Source: Podarcis erhardii (Eukaryota). From it: a stretch of 64,000 bases of DNA. This document shows, in pieces, positions 57,760 through 64,000 of the stretch. The DNA is taken from assembly GCA_964252035.1 (NCBI GenBank), contig OZ176206.1; one strand, written 5' to 3'. The translations under genes were made by a program, and so were the position numbers. Position 1 is the stretch's first letter. Each line of letters begins with the position of its first letter. The notes below the pieces were generated by a model that worked only from the letters and a program-made list of their open reading frames with translations, had not been told where the DNA came from and did no database searches.

Positions 57760-58260
57760 ACAGCCTGCACCCGCGACGTCTTGCTTTACACCCCTCAGCC
57801 GGGACCGCTCTGCCCACAATGGCGGCCTCCTCGCCGCCTTCAGCCCTTTCCCGGAGAGCCACGTGACTGCGGTTTCAGGGCCGTTGCATCAGCCCTCGCT
57901 CCTCGCCAGCGCCGCGCTTCGTGACGTTGACGGGCAGCCGCGTTGAGCAACCGCAGCCCGGCTATTGAGCCTCATTGGCCGGCGGGGTGGGCGGGGTTAA
58001 GGGAGGGGGGGAAACCCCCACAGCAGGTTTGGGTGCGCAGTGGAAGAGCGTCGCTCCGCGTGGAAAGGTTGACTGGAGAGCGGCAGGAAAGGTGCGGAGG
58101 CGTTTGGGCTGGAAGGGGGGCTGAAGAGGGAGAGGGCGCTGGCTGGGGGCTGAGGGGTCTTTCTTATCCTTCTCCACTTTTAGGAAGGCAGCGCTGCCCG
58201 CCGCCAGCTGCGTCTCCTGGGCTGTCTGAGGGCCACAGCCGCGGGAGATTCTGGGAGTCT
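57760..58260 (+). promoter_or_regulatory. AARS1: CpG-island promoter and probable non-coding exon 1 of AARS1 (donor aaag|GTGCGG at 58092)
   Basis: CpG-dense in an otherwise CpG-poor window. Contains E-box CACGTG 57860-57865, CARE/AARE-like GTTGCATCA 57883-57891, TGACG 57922-57926, inverted CCAAT 57974-57978 and GC boxes at about 57982-57996. Lies about 2 kb upstream of the first coding exon. Confidence 0.75.
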
Positions 58261-59482
58261 GGTTCATGGTTCTGGCGTGGGGTGACTGCCCTGAGTTGAG
58301 GCACAGCTGCCTGGCCTGTGGGACGGGGGGTCTCTGAAGCCAGCAGTGGCTTCATTCATTCTGTGGTGTCAGGGTGGAGGGGGTGGGTGTATACACACAC
58401 ACACATACACACACACACACACAAACAGAGAGAGAGAAATTATGCATTTGTCTGGTTTTTGCTAACTCTGACCCTGATTTCTTTTTCTGGACTACAACTC
58501 CCATCATCCCCAGCGCCCAGTTGGCAAAGGTGGTCTTTGTCAAAAAGGCAAAAAGTCACCAGGGCATCGCCTGTGACACACCTACCCTTTGGCAAGCTGT
58601 CCCATTTCTCTTCTCCTGCCAACACAGCAAGGAGAGTCTAGCTGCACTTGTGCACCTGGTCAGATCTCTAGGGAGGCGGTGGGATGTCAGGATCCACACT
58701 TGCTGCTTGATGTGCCAATGGAGGCAACTAAGTTGCCAAGTTTTGACATCGTGGTGCTGCGGTTAGATTGTGATGCAGGGCGCCTGGTCATCTGTATTCA
58801 CCCAGTAAATTAAGGTTTTTTATTCTGGCATCTGTCTTGTGGTCCACTGTGGTTGGGGCCATTTGTTTGCCTTGTGTAGGCTCTGGTCTCTCTTATTTTC
58901 CTTGAAGGATTCCCTGTAAGAATTGGAAGTAGGGTAGTAGTTTTCCTCACAGAGATAGGGTAGTGCTAATGTGCTTCTGTAGAAGGATTTTATGGGTGAG
59001 TTTTGTTCATGCCTGGTTTTAGTATTGGAAGGAATTTTCCAACTCTGTATTTAGCTGATAAGCCTGGCTATGAATTCACCTTCCCCTCCAAGCCCAGACC
59101 TTTATGTCAGTTCTGCAGGCACCTTGTGGGTGGTTCTGGGATAGCCTGGAGAGTTGTTTAGCTTTCCTTGTATTTGCCAGATTGTAGCAGAGATCAAGGG
59201 TGAGATCTGTTTTCTCTGTCCCTCTTCCAGATAGCTATTCCCTTCCCCATAGCTGCTTCTGGCTGGCCCTCTTGCTACACAGAAGTCAGATGTGTGGTGG
59301 CAGCATTATGAATGTGGCAAAAGGGCGCAAGGAGCAGCCAGGGGTGTCTGGGTAGAAGGGACTGCCTTACCAAGGCCTTGCAGCTGCCATAGGCCAATTG
59401 CTGTTTTTTGTTTTCTGGGCTGGAGAACTGCTCTCCCATGGTGGTTTTTACAAAGAAAATAGGGAATGGGCAATACGTTTAT

Positions 59483-59783
59483 GTTTGCACTATACGTTTA
59501 AAGCGGTATCTTATCACTTTCAACAGTCATGGCTTCCCACGATTGTGGGAGCTGTAGTTCTTTAAGGGTGTTGAGAGATCTTAGACCACATTCCCCTCAC
59601 GGAACTACATTACCCAGAGTTCTCTGGGAAGAGGGGCTGATTGTTAAACTACCCCGGTTATTGTTGTGAGGGGAAGATGGATCAAGTGACTCTTAGCACC
59701 CTTAACAACTGCAGTTCCCAGAATTCTTTGGGAGAAGTCATGTGTTGTTAATATGAGACTATTTTAAATGTATACTGCAGATG
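59483..59783. mobile_element. Foldback (whole-length palindromic) MITE in AARS1 intron 1
   Basis: Left arm tgcactatacgtttaaagcggtatc..catggcttccc pairs with right arm gggagaagtcatg..ttaaatgtatactgcag. The inner arms also pair. Confidence 0.65.
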
Positions 59784-60143
59784 AGGCCTATGTAAATTCA
59801 TAAGCAGCACTGCCTGAGGCTGGACTAAGCTGTCCGGGTGTGATTTGAGGGCTTTTAGTTGACCTTAGAGATTAACATGGGGAAAACCTCCCCTCTTCCA
59901 GTGTAGCTAGGAGCCAAGCTGTCTGGTGACTGATGGCCAGGCTGCCTTGAATTGTGTCAGGGTTGCACCTTCAAGCCAGAAGCCATTGGAGGATGTCTTT
60001 GGTGGCAACTGCTGAGATCTGAATTCTAACTTGAGCTGCTCCAGCTGGTGTTTTATACAAGATTTTCAGCATTGCCTTGAAGTGCTTTCTTTCTCTCCCC
60101 ACCCCCCTTTTTTGTTCTCCCCAGTGTGAGTGGTGATCCCAAG

Positions 60144-60287
60144 ATGGAGGTGACGTTAACAGCCCGTGAGATCCGCCAACGGTTCATCAACTTCTTTGTG
60201 GAGAACCAGCACACCTATGTGCACTCCTCAGCCACCATCCCCATGGATGACCCGACTCTGCTCTTTGCCAACGCCGGCATGAATCAG
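60144..60287 (+). CDS. AARS1: Alanyl-tRNA synthetase (cytosolic), first coding exon; exon begins 60125, ATG at 60144
   Basis: Translates [48 protein letters not shown], recognisably the AlaRS N-terminus (motif 1 region). Pyrimidine tract + AG at 60123-60124, GT donor at 60288. 144 coding nt, matching my recollection of the human first coding exon. Confidence 0.97.
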
Positions 60288-60350
60288 GTCAGACACGACA
60301 AACGTTTGCAGAATTATGAATGGTTTGGAGAAAGTTTCCTCCCCTGTCTT

Positions 60351-60712
60351 AGGTAAAGGTAAAAGACCCCTGGACAGTTAAGTCAAACTAGTCCAGTCAA
60401 ACTCGACTATGGGGTACAAGCCAAGGGAACCAGCGTTTGTCTGCAGGCAGCCTTTCCGGGTCATCTTGCCGGCATGACTTCTGGTGCAGTGGGACACTGA
60501 AGAGTGCCAGAGCGCATAATGACGCTGTTTACCTCCCTATTGCAGTGGTACCTATTTATCTACTCTCGCTGGTATGCTTTCAAACTGCTAGGTTGGTAGA
60601 AGCTGGGACAGAGCAATGGGACTTCAGTCCGTCACACAGATTTGAACCGCTGACCTTCCAATCAACAAGCTTCAGAAGCTCAGAGGTTTAGACCACAGCG
60701 CCACCCGTTCCC
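60351..60712 (-). mobile_element. Sauria SINE, subfamily B, in AARS1 intron
   Basis: Shares the cctggacagttaagtc..gactatgggg tail with 33323-33695. Confidence 0.8.
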
Positions 60713-60842
60713 TTTTACATGCCTAGGACTAGGGGGTCAACCAATGGCACTGATCATCTGTAGGTTTGAAGCAAAGTGCCATTTGATCTCTTGGGTCCCT
60801 GTTGGCACGTTTGCCTGAAGTCCCTTCTTCCTTCTCTCCCAG

Positions 60843-61031
60843 TTCAAGCCCATCTTCCTCAACACAATTGACCCCTCTCACCCCATGGCAAAGCTGACCC
60901 GAGCGGCCAACACTCAGAAGTGCATCCGGGCTGGCGGGAAGCACAATGACCTGGACGACGTTGGCAAGGACGTCTACCACCACACTTTCTTTGAGATGCT
61001 GGGCTCCTGGTCTTTTGGAGATTATTTCAAG
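60843..61031 (+). CDS. AARS1: AARS1 coding exon 2
   Basis: [63 protein letters not shown] (class II aaRS motif 2). AG at 60841-60842, GTGAG at 61032. 189 nt, phase 0-0. Confidence 0.97.
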
Positions 61032-61848
61032 GTGAGGGCATTGCCAGTGGCCTTTGCCTGTACAAACGCAGGTAACCAGCTGGTAAAATGTTTGGCAAAT
61101 GTGCATATTTTAAAATTAAAGCCATTCACGCTCTGCTGCTGCTGCTGCTGGTGCTGCTGGCAGATCATACATCTAGAGGTTATGCTGGTTGAAATGTTTG
61201 TTATGGCAGAATTAGGAATGGTTTGGTAACAGTTGGAGTAGCAGAGGGCAAAGAAAAAAGGGGGCCTTAATGATTGGGTGGTGGTCAGTGAGAGGAAGAA
61301 GGTAAGAGTTGGGAGTAGACAGGGAACTACAGTGCATAGATGCTGCCCTTCCAGTGGCCTCCTTCCTCTTAGAAATCCTGGGCAGCTCACCCTACCCAGC
61401 CTCAGTCTCCTGCACAGCAGCTGCAAGTTCTTCTCTCTGGTATGATCAACATCTGGGCTGTATTACTTCAGGATCTAGGTGTAGGCTTACATACATGGTT
61501 GAATACTTCCGCATAAAGGGGGAAAACAATCCTTGTGCATAGAAAACTAGCACATCAGCAGGAACTCTAAGCTAACAACTTGCCCCTTTAATAGAGAATA
61601 TTTTCAGTGGAGGAATATTGCCATGTGTGTCGCCAACCTACAATGAGAAGTGGTGCGCGAAACCTGCTTGCTGGTTTCCTGCAAGCATCTGATTGGCCAC
61701 TGTAGGAACAGGAGCATCGCTGATTCAGTGTTCTGGCTGGCAGTGGCTGCTGTAGAATTTAAGGCTCATATCTGAAACTCGTCAAAGAAGTTAGTATGTC
61801 ATTCTCCATGTCAAGACCTTCCCATCCCTGTTTTTTTCTTCCACTCAG

Positions 61849-61994
61849 GAGCTGGCTTGCAAGTTTGCCCTGGACCTGCTCACCAAAGAATTCGGCATCC
61901 CCATTGAGAGGCTATATGTCACATACTTTGGTGGGAATGAAGCCGCTGGCCTGCAACCAGATTTGGATTGCAAGCAAATCTGGCTGGATTTAGG
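61849..61994 (+). CDS. AARS1: AARS1 coding exon 3
   Basis: [49 protein letters not shown]. Acceptor ttttcttccactcAG, donor GTGAGT at 61995. 146 nt. Confidence 0.96.
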
Positions 61995-62264
61995 GTGAGT
62001 TTGGGACATCCAAAGGATACAGGAAGAGCTGCCTTTGTGTGCCAAGAAGACTGGGAATTGCACTCGGCACCCACTCCCTGAATGGCAAGAGAAGGGGCCA
62101 TCAGGATGATCCCAGGATTTCTTTGGTGTCTTCCACAAAAAAACAAAGGGGGCAAAGAAAATGCTTTGGTGTTCAAGCAGAAATCCAGAAATCCTATTTA
62201 TAAAATGCCATTTGATGTCTCCAAGCGTTGCCATGGCCTGAATTTCAAGGGCAACCAATATGAT

Positions 62265-62610
62265 ACAGGTTTTGGAAAATGAGCCTTATGAGGAATGGTT
62301 GAGGGAGCTGAGTATGTTTAGCCTGAAGACAGGGAGGCTGAGAAGTGACATGAGAGCCATCTTCAAATATCTGAAGGGCTGTCACTTAGAAGATGGAGCA
62401 AGCTGGCTTTCTGTTGCTCTAGAAAGTGGGGTGGGGAACTGAGCCAATAGAATCAAGTCAAAGGTTAAGAATAACTTTCTGACAGTAAGAGCTGTTCAAC
62501 AGGTTGGATGGCTATCTGTCAGGGATTCTTTAGCTGAGATACCTGCATTGCAGGGACTTGGACCAGATGACTCTTGGGTCCGCTTCCAACTCGACAGTTC
62601 CATGCGTCTA
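62265..62610 (+). mobile_element. CR1 LINE 3' fragment in AARS1 intron
   Basis: LENEPYEEWLRELSMFSLKTGRLRSDMRAIFKYLKG is a typical CR1 ORF2 C-terminal motif, followed by the CR1 3' tip. Confidence 0.85.
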
Positions 62611-62632
62611 TGCTTCTCTCTTCTAGTCAATG

Positions 62633-63011
62633 GCTATGTTTGGGCTTCATGCTTAACTGTGATTGAGCAAGGTTGCGAATGAGCCTAATCTTTCCCCATG
62701 TGGCCTGGAGGTGGAGTTTGGAAGCTTTCACCTTCACTTCAGATTAGCTGCAGCTTGGCATGTTGTCTGGACCTACAACTATGGGCTAATCTTAACTGTG
62801 GTTAGTTTAAACAAGGCAACTTCATAAACTATGATTACTTCATAAACTATGATTAACCATAGTTTTTAAGGTTCAGACACAACAAACTGTGGTTAATCAA
62901 AAGTGATTTTTTCTTTCTTCCTGACCGAGGAGTGGGAGCATGAGTCTGGGAGAAGGCTAGGCTTGTTTGCATCTTGCTAAGCCATAGTTTAGTGTGGCCT
63001 CCACATGCAGC
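62633..63011. mobile_element. Degenerate MITE-like element rich in aac(c/t)(a/g)tggtta palindromes
   Basis: Imperfect ggct.tgt.tgg TIRs, and an internal 18-bp tandem duplication acttcataaactatgatt at about 62819-62854. Confidence 0.4.
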
Positions 63012-63163
63012 CAGAGTTGTAGGTAAATTAACATGATGAAGCTGACAGTGATACTTTTTCAGATGATGTTACCTGGGTAAGTTAAAGAGTTCAAATGTTG
63101 CCAGTTCAAGGAACCTGTAACTTGTGGAATTCCTTGCATCACTGGCCATTTCCTTTTTTGCAG

Positions 63164-63355
63164 TTTGGCGGAAAGTAGGATTCTTCCGGGCAGCATGAAG
63201 GATAACTTCTGGGAAATGGGTGACACGGGGCCATGTGGACCTTGCAGCGAGATGCACTATGACCGAATCGGGGACAGGGATGCTGCCCATCTCGTCAATC
63301 AAGATGATCCCAACGTGCTGGAGATCTGGAACCTGGTGTTCATACAGTACAACAG
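63164..63355 (+). CDS. AARS1: AARS1 coding exon 4 (gene continues beyond window)
   Basis: [64 protein letters not shown]. Acceptor ccttttttgcAG, donor GT at 63356. 192 nt, frame-compatible with the previous exon. Confidence 0.96.
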
Positions 63356-63389
63356 GTGGTGCAAGAATTGTTTTCCTTTCCTATAGCAT

Positions 63390-63560
63390 GGTGGCAGTGC
63401 AGTAGTAGAGCAGGTGCTTTTCATACCAAAGGTCCCAGGTTCAATCCTTGGCATTACCAGGTGGGGTTGCAAAAAAACCCCCAGAGAGCCACCGCCAGTC
63501 ACCAGAAACAAGATGAGCTTGATGGACCAGTGGTCTGACTCTGTTCAAGGCAGCTTCTTC
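63390..63560 (+). mobile_element. tRNA-derived SINE (family uncertain) in AARS1 intron
   Basis: A/B-box-like head gtagagca...ggtcccaggttcaatcc, followed by gatggaccagtggtctgactc..aaggcagcttc. Confidence 0.5.
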
Positions 63561-64000
63561 TTTCCCTTTGATGCCTTTCACCTGTGGTGTGTTACATCTC
63601 CCCCTGCTTTGCAGGTAATGCTGGACTCCACATGCAGTAAGGAAACTTTCCTGTCTTCACGGATTTAGGTGTTGAGCATAGTGGCCTGGATCATGGCTAT
63701 TTATTCCTCACCCTTCATTCCTAAGAATTTTGTCCTGATCTTTGCAGCAGTACAGCAGATGCTAGCGACAGATTCCAAAATGATATATAAATAATGTCTG
63801 AGAAAACAGCTGCTTCTCAGTCAGTACAGTAGGACAACCATATACTGGTTGGTTGTGTGAGGGAGGGTTCTGTGTTGCTTTTTTCTGCAAAGGCTGTGAC
63901 AGGATGCTTCAAAACCAGAGAAGCTCCCATTTGCGCTCTACTTTTTGTTACTTTAATTGGTTGTTCATCCAAACCAGGAAAACTATGATGAGCGGCTTTA

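Noticed and set aside
60126-60143. GTG-start extension MSGDPK of AARS1 in the ORF track
   Set aside because: The ATG at 60144 has good Kozak context (aagATGg) and matches the known N-terminus. The upstream bases are 5'UTR.

Overview
This is eukaryotic, repeat-rich DNA from a squamate reptile, most likely a lacertid lizard. That call is inferred from the Sauria/Squam SINEs, CR1, L1 and Penelope remnants. There is no prokaryotic content and no CRISPR array, and almost all short ORFs in the six-frame track are spurious. The one confidently recognised host gene is AARS1 (cytosolic alanyl-tRNA synthetase, + strand). It has a CpG-island promoter at about 57.8-58.2 kb carrying an ATF4/C-EBP (CARE)-type site, and its first four coding exons (144, 189, 146 and 192 nt) lie at 60144-63355; the gene continues past the window. 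A second CpG island at about 29.6-30.2 kb, plus several isolated minus-strand exon-like segments, suggests an unidentified leftward transcription unit. Mobile DNA includes: one apparently intact full-length L1 (44433-50347, ORF1+ORF2, polyA, 18-bp TSD); three 5'-truncated L1-type inserts with 18-19-bp TSDs at non-TT|AAAA sites; two solo LTRs with 5-bp TSDs; five Tigger/pogo-like MITEs; hAT-like and foldback MITEs; several SINE families; and many CR1 3' ends. Two Penelope-like remnants are also present, one carrying a complete minimal hammerhead-ribozyme motif (40863-40900, minus strand). A 58-nt pre-miRNA-like hairpin lies at 12733-12790. Boundaries of old repeats are approximate.
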